DNA from: Cycas panzhihuaensis
Taxonomy: Eukaryota; Plantae; Cycadophyta
Direction: 5' to 3'
Assembly (NCBI GenBank): GCA_023213395.1
Contig: CM041465.1
Span: 187,061,741 to 187,125,740, forward strand
Length of the DNA stretch: 64,000 nucleotides
Shown here: piece after piece, positions 28,076 to 42,400 of the stretch
Numbering within the stretch: the stretch's first letter is position 1
Layout of the letters: each line of letters opens with the position of its first letter
Position numbers and translations under genes: made by a program
Notes under the pieces: model-generated
What the model saw: only the letters and a program-made list of their open reading frames with translations
What the model was told of the DNA's origin: nothing
Database searches by the model: none

Positions 28076-31000
28076 AATTTGATGGTGTCATTTAACTATC
28101 AAAATAGCTCTTCAAACTCATGTAATTATGATCTTAATGATGTAAGAAAGGTTTTAAACTTTAACTCTTGCACATGAACAAGAATTGTAATAGAAATATT
28201 TCTTTCTTATTAAATGGCCCTCCTTGATGGTAACTAGGTCCCTCTTGGCATTATTTCTCTAATATTTTCATCACATATATATACTAGTTGTTCTCATCCT
28301 CTACCTTTGAATTCAATAATTCCATCATAAGAGTAACATGAGGGTCACCTTTCTTCTTCTCAAATGTCTTATATAGCTTAGTCCAAATCTCGTGTGGAGT
28401 TTCAAGGTTATAGACTAAAGCTCTTTGATTTAAAGCCAAGGATAACTTAATTAACCCCACAGCCATGAACTATTTTCCTTTAGCATGTATATTCTTTCTT
28501 ATTTAAAGGAACAACTAATATTTTAAATTTAGTAATGTCCCAAATCTAGTTAACCATGAGGACTAGTTCTATATTTGCTTTCCACTCGTTAAAGTTATTC
28601 CCATTGAAAGTGACTAAAGGAACTAACTTCTCTATGACATATAACTGACAAATATAAGGACCCTAAACCAACCTCCAATAGGCTATATTCCCCCAAAAAA
28701 TAGTCTATTTCAACAACCCAGAATATAAAGTTTTCACTAAGACTGCTAACCACTTATAAATAGGCCAATACATTGCTCAATGAAAAGACTTTTTTGAACT
28801 CTTTACAAGTCCAATTTTAATAAATAAATCACCAAAAATTTATTGTAATCCAAACTTCACCACTTTGAATTCAATGTAATATCAAATGTAATGATCAATA
28901 AATGTTTTCCTAGACCATTCATACATAACTTAGAGATTAACCTGTCTTAAATCAATAATGTGCTCTCATTGAAAAACAATGATATTTAACATTTATCAAA
29001 GTCTCCTTAGTGAAATAAAGATTATAATAGAGTGTTTCGATGAAGTAATACAATAAAGAGTTTCGCCTCAATGAAATACAAAACCATATTCTATTCAAAC
29101 ATGCAATGATCACCTCATAAAATCATATAAATCATGCCATATATTGATGACGCATGTCTTATATCATAAAGGACCATGCCTCAAATAAAATATGCTTCAT
29201 GTAATATATTTAAGCCACTTAAAATTTCAAAATATGCCATATCAATCTCAAAAGTACTTTATATTGTACATTATATATGCAATGATAAAAAAATATAAAA
29301 GTATAATATGAAATACCTTTAAAATCTATAAATATTAATGACGAAATCGATTACGACTCTTATGTGGCTATATATATTTTTTTCTTGATTTGGTAAAAAA
29401 TAGAAGGGGTTTTAATAGGTCCCCAAACCTTTTACAATAGCAGCCCTTCGGCTATGGAATAGAATGGCCATGACATGCCCATAGCCTAGCATAATTGGAC
29501 AACCACACAAACTCACTAAGCCATGACAAACCCAATGACTAGCTCTCCCAACTCTGGGCTAACACATCCATTCTGACCAGACTTGGGAGCTCCTCTGGGA
29601 ATTTCTCTTTCCAAACCCTTATTATCTTATTTAAAACCACCCAATTGGTAAGCCAATTCACAGCTACATTATCTTCTCTATACATATACCAAATTTGGGT
29701 GCTCTGTTTGGAACTTAGAATATCTTGAGCATCCCTCACCATGTCCACATTGTACCAATTAGCCTCCATCTCCCCCCTAAGGATCTTGATCACGTTCAGA
29801 GAATCTCCTTCTATCATCACCTTATCATAGTCATCCTCATCAAGCATAGCTAAAGCTCTATGCATAGCCTTGAGTTCATCACTATGGTTTGTTTGTTGGC
29901 CATAGTATTTTATAAAGGCCCACCTTACCGAACTGTCTAGGTATCTATATAGGCCACCCCCACCAGCCTTACTTGGGTTGCCTTTAGACGTCCCATCAAA
30001 ATTTATTTTGACCCATTTTTCACTAGGCACTCACCAAGAACACTTTCCCTTTTTCACCCTAGTGATCTTTGGTCTCCTAATCCCCCAACTTTCAATGATG
30101 TTTTCCTCCCCCTTCAGGTCCCTTTCCTCATCTGAAGGTTTAAGAATTTCTACTATTGCCATTTAAATAATCTCATAGAGCTTAGGCTCGTCCAAATCCT
30201 TTCCTTAGAAAATTCTTCTGTTATGTTCCTTCCAAATGTTCCAAACCGCTATAGGCATAATTGATTTCCATAATAATCCCAATGTCTTACTCCTAAAGGG
30301 GGATTTCCACACCATCTAATGATCTAATAGGGTCTTAGAAGACACCTAATATATCCCAAGATTGGCCTAGATACATGCCCGAATTCACCTAGAAAAGGGG
30401 TAGTGAATTTTGATATGGTCCAACAATTCTCGTCCTTCTTAGACAACATACATCTATTCGGCATGGCAAAGCCTCGCGTGTGAAGATTATCAATTGTCAA
30501 TATCTTGTTCTACAGATAGAGCCACAAAAAACTATCACTTTTGGGATAAGCCCCAACTTCTATACCCTAGCCAACAATGGGTTCTTGCCAAACCCTCCTC
30601 CATGCATATAGTTTGGTAACCTTCCTTTATGGAGTATATCCTAAAAGGGGAAAATGACCAAATAATTGTATCAGCTATATGCCTTTTGGGGATATACCAA
30701 TGATTCAACTCACTCTTAAGGATTTGAATATTCCCCTCCCCTCTTGGGTCCCTTGTAACTACTCAAAGGATCTCTAATCTCTATTTTTGCCCTGACCCTC
30801 CCAATAATCCTTAACCAACAAACTAAAAGTTCTTTCACAGATACCCTATAGATTACCGACGAAGGGTTTATCTTTTAATTTATAGTTTCCATACCATTTA
30901 TCCTTCCAAAACCTAATGCTTTCCCCATTCTCTAGCTTCCATCTCATACCATTAATTAAAATGGATCTTACATGAACAAGACCCTTCTAGATTGAGGAAC

Positions 31001-32788
31001 CATAATTGTCCCCCACCTTGTCTTTTAAAAAGTGCCTACCCCAGGTACTTTTTGGCAATGATATTTCCCCATTGGGCACCATCATCTTTCACCATTCTCC
31101 ACCCAATTTTGGCCACCAAAGTCCTATTAAACATCCCTAGTCTTCTAATATTAAGCCTTACCGCCCACTTAGGCCTACAAACCATGTCCCAAGAAACCAG
31201 ATCGATTCTGTCCTTGTCCTCTATGCCAGACTAGAGGTATCTTTTATGAATGCCTTCTAAGATCGAAGTGACCTTACTTGGAATCCTAAAGATCGACATC
31301 ATAGACCATGATGCTCTATAAAGAGGCTACCACTAGCTGGATTTTGACTGCTTGACTAAGGAGGGATCCTTTCCAACCAGCCAGCTTCCATTGGATCCTG
31401 TCCACAATAGGATTCTAGAGATCCTTGCTCATATTTCCCATAAATAGAGGCATCCCTAGGTAAGTGGTTGATAGAGATCTAATAGGGATCTCCAACTCCT
31501 ACTAATCCTTCTTTATAGTCTCTCAGGGATGTTAATAAAGAAGATAGAGCTCTTCTCTAGGTTGATTATATGATTTGTAGCCCTCTCATAAGCATGAAGC
31601 CCCATCTTAAATGCTCTAGCTTCCCCTTATGTGGCTACAATATTGGCCTACATTAATAGAGAAATATTTATCATGACCAACATTTCTCGTGGTTGTATGT
31701 AAGGTGACTTCAATGTTGAATGTGATCTCTGTTTGTGAGCAATTACATATCATGACCACACAGAGTTATTTATAACCTGTGACCTTGCACAATCTCACTG
31801 ATTGCTACTATGTCTCCTACACAACAATCTTTCACGAGATTTGTCACCTCTATAAGATATAACTATTCCTTATACATTGGTTATAAAATGACATAACACC
31901 ACACTGCATAGGCTCTAATAGATGAACGCAATTGCATCTACAATCTCAAAGTTACGGTAAGATGATAATAATCTTCAAATCTACATCTACATGATAGCTA
32001 ACTAGTGAATCTCTCTTACAATCACCATGGTGAGAAGTAGAACAATAATTTCAACTCCACGACTACCTTATGCAAGGCTTATATCATAAATGGAGGTAAA
32101 CATCTATACTCCATAGTTATAAATATATCATATCATCTTTCTTAATCATATGCAGGTGTATCTACAAATTCTTAGCTAGAAATAGAGTATCTTAAGGCTA
32201 CAACTATAGAAATAGAGGGCGCCAAACATCTTTTACCTACAACAATAGAAAACAACCTCATACACTCCTCTGCATACCTCTGAGGATAGATGAAGATATG
32301 TAAAATATATAACAAAAGGCATTGAGAGTCTTTACATGATTATTATAAATTGTGGTTATTCTTTTAGTTATTGGAGAAGTCAATGCTCAATGAAGGGTTG
32401 AGCCAGTACTACTTAGCAACCTACGATCTAAATACTTTACACAACACACCCCTACTTATGCATGACCATATGCTCTAATACTATATTAGAAACTGTAAAT
32501 AAACAAATCATTTATGCATCCAATAATCACAAAATAAATAAGAACATAATGCAAAATTGATGTGGGAAACCTTTCAATAACCCCCATCACCCTCCCCACA
32601 GAAACATAGATCACATTGATATAAAAGTATAAAGTACAATGGACTTTGGATCCCTTTAAATAAATCTACAAGTATCTCACGTATTATATCTATCAACCTA
32701 CATAATTATATTATTATATCATATATATTTATACATATACACCATATAAATATTAGTTAGGTTAAGTGGTTAAGATAACACTCTAATA
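28076..32788 (-). mobile_element. 3'-truncated Ty1/copia element (5' LTR 32484-32788, PBS, long leader, gag ~28080-28640), interrupted by a LINE
   Basis: PBS relic gctctaatacta (from gctctgatacca) at 32472-32483. Gag reads FNGNNFNEWKANIELVL, AVGLIKLSL..ETPHEIWTKLYKTFE and FKTFLTSLRS. A second weak PBS-like motif at ~28860 means this could be two elements. Confidence 0.65.
29371..31625 (-). mobile_element. 5'-truncated L1-type LINE with RNase H
   Basis: Perfect TSD cttatgtggcta (29359-29370 and 31626-31637) and a T-rich tail at the left end. The RNase H ORF at 29539-30030 is intact (WVKINFDGTSKGNP..TNHSDELKA..IEGDSLNVI..YREDNVAVNWL); zf-RVT and RT C-terminal remnants are present. Confidence 0.92.
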
Positions 32789-35031
32789 GATTTAAAGCCT
32801 TCTTCTTGGGAGTTTGTAAAGCTTGTTTAAAGGATTAAGAGTCCATCTTTGGTTTAATTACTTCTTCATTCTAAAGTTCACCTTTCCACCCAACTACTGG
32901 GCCCTCTTCTCTTAGTGTTCCACTAGTTTTTGGCATAATTTTTTCTCCTACAACACCTATTGTTGTCAAGTTTTCCTACTTCCAAAGTACTTGGAGCATT
33001 TTCATAGCATATTAGACAAAGACATGGCATTAATCTAAGGCTCATTACATATATTTATCATCAAGTTTGAAGTGTTTCTTTTACACTTAAGTACTTGTTT
33101 TATTTGTTAGAGTGGTTTCTTTTACTTTAACAAGAAAAAAAAAAAAGAAAGAAGATTTCATTATTACTAATTGTCATTTTATTCAAAATATATATTTTCA
33201 TTGGGAGACATGATTTAGGAATCAAACTAGTTTTGATCTCCATCTTATTCCTCATCATTAGAGCATAGAAAAGGGGTCAATTTATGGGATTGAACTAGTT
33301 TCAATCCACTTATTGATTACCATCAAATTAAATCACTCATTTCCCTTTTTACTCCTATTCATAATTTATACAAAGATTGGTCCTAAAAGGGGTTAAACGA
33401 ACAAAGCTAACTCTTTATAGAATGGTGAATAGTAAGAAGGGTAATTTCACTAGAGTGGCCATACACTCTTCCATAGAGTTTTGGGTAACTCTTAGTAATA
33501 ATTTTCTAAATTTTTTTTTAGGTATAACAAAAATGTTGCTAGAATTTTAATGGATTTTCTAAGTTATTTTTATATTTTCTTTTAAATATAATTATTTAAA
33601 TATTCAATGTTATAGCATATTTGGTTGGTTGATTTTATTTTGACATGGTTGTAATTAAAAGAAGAGGAGATTCTTACTTTGTAATGCCACTATAAGGTAC
33701 CAACATCATCCTTGCCTTTTACAACTATTTTTATTATTCATAGAACTACATAAATAATAAAAGAAAGAGAAGGAATGAATCTTTACTTATGTTACTTATT
33801 GAATCATTAATTGAAGTGTTCTCTTTATTTGCTTGAAAGAAATGAAAGGACAAAAGGTGAATTTATGGTTTGGATCATGGTTACAATTACATTTTTTATT
33901 GATTATTATATTCCTTCATATTTTAGTAAGTAAATCATAAAAATATCAAAAAGAAACTAAAGGAATTACAACTTGGATAAACATAAGGGCAATAAAAGAA
34001 CTTAGGATCCCTCTTTCTTGTGTGCTTAGTTAATTTTTTATAATCCATTAAAAAAAAAAAAAGAGAGAGAGAGAAAAAGGGAATACATTTATGTATGGTT
34101 TGATTGGCATGCTGTGTGAATGAACATTATATGTATTCATTCTAAAGTTGCATCTTAGATTTGTATTTAGATTTACATTAGGTCCTATCCATGTGCTTAG
34201 GACTTGCTTAATCACCAAGGAGTTTGCATCCCTAGTATATAAGTTTTTTATGTCCTATGAATAAATGCTTCTTATTGTTAGGGTTTTTTTAATCAACCAA
34301 GACCTGACATCCTTGCCATATAAATTACCTCTTCTTTAGGATTATTTCTTTCTAGCCATGTTTTAAATGTTAACCATGGTAGCTTACCATTATCCTTTAG
34401 GTTGAGAGTGACTTCTTGTTTTCTACTTTCACCTCTAAGTGTGAGAATCCTTTTGAATTAGATATAGGCATCCATGGACTGTTTATCCTTATAGATGAAT
34501 CATCATTAGGTGAGGGAGTGCCCAATGACTGACCCTGAATAGGGTTGTTAATCTAGGGTCTGAGCTCTCTTATATCCTTACACTTGTTAGTCCTCCTAAT
34601 CTTTAGTTACTACAACATTGATTACTCTCCTGAGGTGGTTATAAAGGTCTAGGTTAGAATTTTGTTTATAAGAGGGCTTTTTAGGTAGAAAAAGAGGAAA
34701 CCTAGGATGCTTATTTTGAGGTAAGGACCCCTAATGGTCTGTTCACCTATTGGAAAGGTAATTCTGACTCCCTTAAAGTTAAGAGGACTTTTGATTTAGT
34801 TGTTTGATTGTTTTGAGTTATATTATTTGCTAGCTTTTATTTGATTGTATTTTGTATATATAAAGTAGTTTGATTGATAAATTAACTTGATTTACTTATT
34901 CTCACTAGAAATATAAGCTAAGAGACACCCTTCTTCTTTAAAAGTGTTGGTTGAAGGTCCATCTTAAGGCATATCACCTTTGCTCCTTCTCACATATGAT
35001 CTAATAGGTGATTAGATGCAAGATATGAAAA

Positions 35032-38000
35032 CTTTAGAGGGTGGCCAATTTTGATTGTTAGCCTATTTGCCACCACCCTTAGGTGAGGTCATATATTTCT
35101 TACTAAACTTGGAACTTGAGCTCTCATTATCACTAGTATCATCTTGTTTAGCCTTACCTTTACTTTTATCCTTAGTGTGCTCTTGATTATGGTTAGGTAA
35201 GTGATCGTTGTAGATTAATTCATCTTAATTAGGCTTGGAAGTAGGATTATTAATACTTCGAGCTTTATAACCCATGGCCTAAACTAGACAATACTCATTT
35301 CAATCATAAGTATTAGTTTGGTGTTAAGAATAATAATGAGTCCTTGTTAGTTAAGGAGCAAGAGGGTCTTATTGTTTATTCTCTTTAGTATAACAAATAA
35401 CTTTAGTTTCTTGTTTTAGATTAAGAGTAGGGGGATTTTCAATACATAGCTTACTATTGATAGTTTCTTGTCAGAATGGTTATGTTTCTTGGTGTTAGTT
35501 ACCTATTAGATCCTATATGAGAGGGAACAAAGGTGGTATGCCTTAAGGTGGCCTTTCAATGAACCCTTTAAGGAAAAGAATGTCTCTTAGCTTACATGTC
35601 TAATGAGACTGAGTAAATTGAGTTGATTTGCTAATTAAATTACTTTATGCATATAAAATATAATTACATAAAAGTTGGTATATAATAAGACTCAAAGTAA
35701 TCAAACAAGTAAATCAAAAGTCCCCTTAACTATAGGGGAGTTATAAACATCTTTCTAGTAGATGGAAAGATTGTTAGGGGTCCTTACCTCAAAGAAAGCA
35801 TCTTAAGTTTCCTCTTTTTCTATCTAAAAATCCCTCCCATAGACAAAGTTTTGACTTAAACCTCTATATGCACCCAAGGAAAGTAGTCAACATCACACTA
35901 GTTAGAGGTCAGGAGGATTAATGAGGGTAATGACCTAAGAGAGCTTTGACCCTAGATTAATGACTATATCTAAGGTTAATCATTGGGGTCTCCCTCACCT
36001 GATGATAATCTATTTGTGAGGATGAATGACTTAGGGATGCCTATGTCTAATTCTGAAGGGTTCACATACTTAAAGGTGAAAGTATAAAAGAGGAAGCTAC
36101 TTTCAACTTAAAGGATAATGACAAGCCATTATCTTTAGCATTCAAAACATAGTTAGAAAGAAATAATCTCAAAGAAGAGGTAGTTTATATACTAGGGATG
36201 TCAAGTCCTAATGGATTAAAGTACCCTTAATGATGAGAAGTATTTATTCGTAAGAGAGGACAAGCTTATACACTAGGGATATAAAGTCTTAAGTGATTAA
36301 GCAAGTCCTAAGCAAAGGGATAAGACTTAACCAAGGAGGGGTTAAGCAAGAGAAATCCACATCTAAATACAAATCCATGATGCATCTTTAGATTGAATTC
36401 ATACAACACTCATTTACATAACATGTAAATCAAACCATGCAAAGATGTATTATCTTTCTTTTTTCTTTTTCCTTTTGTTTTGTTTTATTGGATTATGAAA
36501 ATGTAACTAAGCACACAAGAAAGAGAGGTCCTAATTCCTTTTGTTGCACTTATGTTTGTCCAAGTTATAATTCCTTCACTTTCTTTTTGATCTTTTTGTG
36601 ATTTATTTATTAGAATGTGAAGGAACATGATAATCAACAAAAGATATAATTTTAATCTTGATCTAAACCATGGATTCACTTTCTACCCTTTCTTTTCTTT
36701 CAAGTAAATAAAGAGAACACTTCAATCAATGATTTAACAAGTAAGATAAGTAAATATTTATTTCTTTTTCCTTTTCTTTTTTCATTTGCATGGTTTTAAA
36801 GATAATAAAAATAGTTGTAAAAGGCAAGGATGAGGTTAATAGCTTATAGTGGCACTATGAAGTAATAATCTCATCTTCTTTTGGTTACAACCATTTCAAA
36901 ATAAAACCAATAACCAAATAATCTATAATACCAAATATTTAAATAATTGTATTTGAAAGAAAATATAAAATTAACTTGAAAAATTATATCAAAATATTAG
37001 TAACATTTCTATTACACTTGGGAATTTTGATAGCAAAAGATTACTACAAGTTGCCCAAAACTCTATGGAAGAGAGTATGGTCACTCTATCAAAAATATCC
37101 TTCTTACCATTCACCTTTTTATAAAGAGTTAGCTTAGTTCTTTTAACATTTTCTGGGACTAATCTCTATATAGACTATGAATAGGAGTAAAAAAGGAAAT
37201 GAGTGATTTAATTTGATGGTAATCAATAAGTGCATTAAAACTAGTTCAATCTCACAAATTGACTCCTTTCTTATGTTGTAATAAGGAGGAATAGGATTTA
37301 GATTAAAATTAGTTTGATTTCTAAATCATGTCTCTTAATGAAAAGACAAATTTTAAAGGCAATGACAATAAATGATAATAAAATCTTCTTATTTCTTTTT
37401 TTACTTGTATTTTTTGGTGTTAAAACAAAAGAAACTACTCTAACAAATAAAACAAGTAATCAACTGCAAAAAAATCATTTTAAACCTAATGATAAATAGG
37501 TATAATGAGCCTCATATTAATGACATGTCATTGTTTAATATGTTATGAAAATTCTCCAAGTACTTTGAAAGTAAGAAAACTTGACAATAACATGTGTTAT
37601 AGGAGAGAAAATTGTGTCAAAAACCAATGGAACACTAAGAGAAGAGGGCCTAATAGGTGCATAGAAAGGTGAATATGAGAATGAAGAAGTAATTAGACCA
37701 AAGATAGGCTTTGAATCCTTCAAATAAGCTTTATTAACTCTCAAGAAGAAGGCCCTTAATCCACTTAAATAAGAGGCAAATCACTAGAAAGAGGTGTTAG
37801 TAAAATTTTGGCAGTACTTCCTTACACAAAAGACTCTTCCCCATGCTCTAAAAATAAATAAGAATTTATAGAAAAAAAAGAGGAAGAGGGTGAAGGCCCA
37901 AACCATAGTTTTGCTATTTTTAAAAAATAAAATCTTACATAGGAGAAGGTAAAATTAGTATGGATGCATTAGGGTAGGTGGGGTGGTGCTAACCCATAAA

Positions 38001-38680
38001 TTTAGGCTAGAATCAAATCAAAATAGGTGAGGTTTCCATATTTTATTTTTAATTTTATGGGTATGATAGTAAAAAATGTGACAGTAAACTAAAAATGTAA
38101 TAGTACATATAAAACATAAAATACAAGAGTCTATTACATTTTATTTGTACTGTCATATGTTTTATGTTTCCAAAAATGTGACAGTTTAGAGAGGCCAACA
38201 AGTACAAAAAATAAAAATAAAAATTAGTAGAATGAGCTTATTAGGCCTTCTTAAAGTAGTAGTGACTTGAATGAAGACTAGATCAAGAAAGAAAATGTCT
38301 AATAATAAGAGAAACAAATTATAATTACATTTAAAGCTTGATAATATTCAAGAAAAGAGTGAATAGGAAAAGGCTTGGAGTAGCTTCATAGACCAAATTG
38401 GATAAGAGCATAAACCTACATCATATGATCGATCATCAACTAATAATAATCATCACAGTTACACACAATGAATCATCCAATTGATAATTCTTCAAATCTC
38501 TTGACTTCAAATGATAATGATAGATGCCAAACATGTCCAATCAAATCTTTCTATATTAAATAATAACCAATGTAGAACTGATAACCAAATAATACCAATT
38601 AAATGAATATAAACTTTAACTAGTAAACAAATCAAGACTAGAACCAAATCATGCCAAAGGGGGTTAGTCATAATGAAATA
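35032..38680 (-). mobile_element. Tat-type element B: complete 3.2-kb 5' LTR (35477-38680), PBS stub and gag fragment (35032-35465)
   Basis: Reverse complement of the element A LTR along its length. Segment 35032-35465 matches the gag region of A at ~18590-19015. Confidence 0.85.
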
Positions 38681-39493
38681 TAGACTTTTAATCATATTAT
38701 AGTTGCATTAACCACAACTCTAATACTCATGATGGTAAACTTTTTTAGAGTAATTTACAATCAAATGTGATATATTAAGAACATTAGTTAATACACTACT
38801 CCTTCAAAATGACCACTAATTATAGTTAAAAGCTTAAAATTAAATATACATGAGAGAGCTAAGAGTAGTTATAATAAAGAAATATTAGCAAATCTCTATG
38901 CATTAGCTAAATGTCAATAATACTTACCATACAGTAAATTCATTGTCAAGATAGATCATTAGATCCGTAATTACTTTCTATCATAACTAACCTATCATAA
39001 GTATAATTGAGATAGATATACAAAATCTAGGATTATAATTTTGATATAGTTTATAAGAAGGGAAAATAAAATATGATAACAAAAGCCCTCTTAAGGAAAT
39101 ATAAAGGTAGATAATATATAACCATAGTAACTTTATAACCCTCATGGATTAACAAACCTCAACAAGAATATTAAAGCAACTTAAAGATTAGTAGGTAGCT
39201 TAAAAAATGTAGGAAGGGAATAACTAGTTAGAATTAGAAGATTAAGGACAACATTCTAATATACAAGGGTAGGATATGCGTCATAAATGTCACAAGCATC
39301 AAAGATAAAGTCCTTTAATAATACCATTAAACATCCATAGTATGACACTTAGGGTTCTTGAAAACTTATGATAAGTTAAGGCAACTCTTTTTTTAGAAGG
39401 GTATAAAGGAGGATATTAGAAGTTGTATATCTAAATATGACATATGCTAAAGGCAAAAGTCAAAGGCCATATAGGAGTTTAGACTCCTATAAC
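38681..39493 (+). mobile_element. Chromovirus-type Ty3/gypsy RH and integrase N-terminus (host element, piece 2)
   Basis: Reads TFNHIIVALTTTLIL..FTIKCD..LLQNDH and GFLKTYDKLRQLFF*KGIKEDI..C..RLL*P; the frame continues after the copia insertion. Confidence 0.8.
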
Positions 39494-42400
39494 TGATGGA
39501 ATCAGGGGATAGAGGGAATTTAATGATAATACAAGAAGAGAACCATCATTCCCATGAGGATAGTGGTGTTGATAAGCACTAGGGTCCTTGAACCCCATGC
39601 GGCACACCTTTCAAAGTCTATTTCCCACTAACATTGATAAATGTTGAATATCCTACCTCTAAGATCTAACATAGTGCTTCTACAATATCTCCAGAATCTA
39701 AGTTATTGCCTCAATATGGGTGATCAACCCAAAGTGGACATGAGCCCTAATATGGGAATTATTCCAATATTCCTCCTCTATAATACCCATTTGGGGAGAT
39801 TCCAAGTTTATCTATGAATTTGATAAATTTTATTTTACTAAGTTTCTTTATGAATATATTTTCCACTTATTCTTCTATGCTATAATAGACTAATTCTAAC
39901 TTACCTTACTGTACCAACTCTCTAATAAAATGATGTTGTGTTTTGATGTGCTTTGCCTTACCATGAAACATTGGATTCCTAGTCATCTAAATCATGCTTT
40001 AATTATCATAAAGTAATATAGTTCAACCAACTTATTCTTCCTATATATCATGAAGTAATCTTCTAGGCTAAATTGTTTCATATGCTTCTATTATAACTAC
40101 TTTATACTCAACTTCTGTAGTAGATAAAGATATTGTAGTCCATTTCTTTGAACTCCATGCTACCATTGCTAAACCCAAACTAAATGTATATCTTGAAGTA
40201 GATCCTATCATCTACACAACTTACCTAGTCTAAGTATATATAACTAATTAATCTGTAGTCCTATGATGACCTATAACGTAATCCATATCTACTAGTACCT
40301 TTTAGATACCTGAGAATTCTCTTGGTCGATTATTAATATTTTACCTTAAGGCTCATACATGAATTTAGAAAATACACTGCCTACATATATGATATTTGGT
40401 TAGGTTGAAGTCAAGTAAATTAGGCTCCTAATCAATTGCCTATAGAGTGTAGGATTAACTAGTTTTAATTTCTTAAACTTAGATAATTTCAACCCAACCT
40501 CTACATGAGTTATGAGTGGCTTGTAATTACTCATGTTAAACTTGTGCAATAGATCTAATATGTATTTTCTTTGGGAGATAAATATCCCCTTTTCATCTTG
40601 ATAAACTTTAATGCTTGAGAAGTAATGCATTAGTCCTAAGTCTGTCATCTCAAATTCTTTGTACATATCCTTTTTGAATCTTTGGGATAAGTGATCACTA
40701 TTTCTAGTATATACTAGGCCATCAACATATAAATCCATAATTAGTATGAAGTTTCCTTAAAATTTGATGTATAAATTGGGATCTGATTAGATTCTTTAAA
40801 ATCTTTTATCCTTGAAATATTTGTCAATCCTAGAGTACCATACTCTAGGTGCTTACTTGAGTCCATACAAGGTCTTTTTAAGTTTATAGGCCTTGTCTTT
40901 TTTTCCTTTCACTTCAAGCCCTTTGAGTTATTGAACATAAATTTATTCATCTATATAGCCATTCAAGAAGGTGCTTTTCACATCTAATTGATATAATATC
41001 TAACTTTATTCTATAACTAAGACCATGATTGACCTAACTATTTCTAACCTTGTAACAAGTGCAAATGTCTCATTGTAATCTATGCCCTTAATTTGAGCAT
41101 AGCCCTTTGTAACTAAACTTACCTTATACTTATCAATAGACCCATCTGATTTATACTTGATCTTATAGACCCATTTAGTCCTAACGAAATTTTTGCTAAG
41201 TGGCAGATTTACTAACTCTTATGTATCATTTTTCATTAAGGCATTGTACTCTTCCTTCATTGCATTCTTCCATTCATCTTGTTTATTTACCTCTTCAAAG
41301 TTGTAAGGCTCATTAGAATCCATAACTTGAGTCATAAGTGTAAACTTCACCCTTTAAGATCTTGTAATCCTTCTCTTAAAGTTGGTGTCTAAAATATTTG
41401 GAAGGTTATGAGCCCTTTATACCCATTTTAGGATCCTTTAATTTGAAGTAGAGGGTCCTACTTCATTTATATTAGGTATAATTATACCCTTAGAGTTTGA
41501 ATCTATTTCAACTATGATATTCTTGCCCTTATCTTTTTTAATAATTTTTTCTTGATAAAATTTATCTTCCTTGAAGATGACATCCCTACTTATAATAATC
41601 CTCTTGCCTTTTGATCATAAACTTTATAAGATCTAAAAAAGTCATTATATCATATAAAGATATATTTGATGCTCTTATAATCGAGCTTTATTCTCCTTTA
41701 ATCTAGGACATGTGTATAAGCTATGCAAAAAAAAAATTTAAGTGTTTAATGCTTGACTTATAACCTGTCCAAGCTTCTTCTAGTGTAATCCATCTAACTG
41801 CTTTGGTGGTATATTTATTCAATACATATATAACTATATATATAACTACTGCCCAATATTTATTTCTAAGTTGCTTGTTCTTAAGTATACTTCTTTCCAT
41901 TTTTATAATTATTCTATTCTTTTTTTTAGTAACCCCATTTTTTAAGGGGTGTCAGGATTTATGAGTTATTTCCTTATTCTAAAGTACCTGTGATAAGCTT
42001 TGAATTTATTTGAAATGAATTCTTTCTATTATCTAATTTTAGGATCAAAATCTTAAGTCCACTTTGTTTTTCAACCATAGTTTTGAAATTAATGAAACAT
42101 TGTAAGCATCTGACTTAAACTAAAGAAAGTAAACCCATGTAATCCTTGTAAAGTTATCAATAAATGTTATGAAGAACTTAGCTCCTCCAAGTGAGGGCAT
42201 ATCCATTGGACTATATAGATCTGTGTATACCAATTGAAGGGGCCCATTGGTCCTATAGCTTTTATTAGAGAATCATTCCCTTTATTATTTTCTAGGTACA
42301 CATCTTTCATATATTTCTTTGTTATATTCAATAGTTAGTAGTTTAATCACCATGTCCATTTTCTTTATTAAGGTCAAACTATTATAATTTAGATAACTAA

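Larger units (their letters stand above)
14245..35031 (+). mobile_element. Tat-type (TatII-like) Ty3/gypsy element A: 5' LTR 14245-16432, gag-PR-RT-RH-IN ~17900-23750, 3' cassette, probable 3' LTR remnant 32789-35031
   Basis: TG start at 14245 and CA end at 16432, followed by a degraded PBS resembling the Arg type. PR HVIINKGSLVNII; RT VSNVIPIAKKNGSIMICINF, TTPWGTFGYKVMLFGLK and VYLDDM; IN PYHPQANGQVEAFNK. Segment 32789-35031 aligns by eye to the LTR from ~15125 onward; assigning it as this element's 3' LTR is inference. Confidence 0.85.

Noticed and set aside
31640-32440. Possible second captured gene fragment in a copia leader (several AG/GT-bounded blocks)
   Set aside because: No consistent spliced frame, one implied intron of only ~41 nt, and no recognisable motif.
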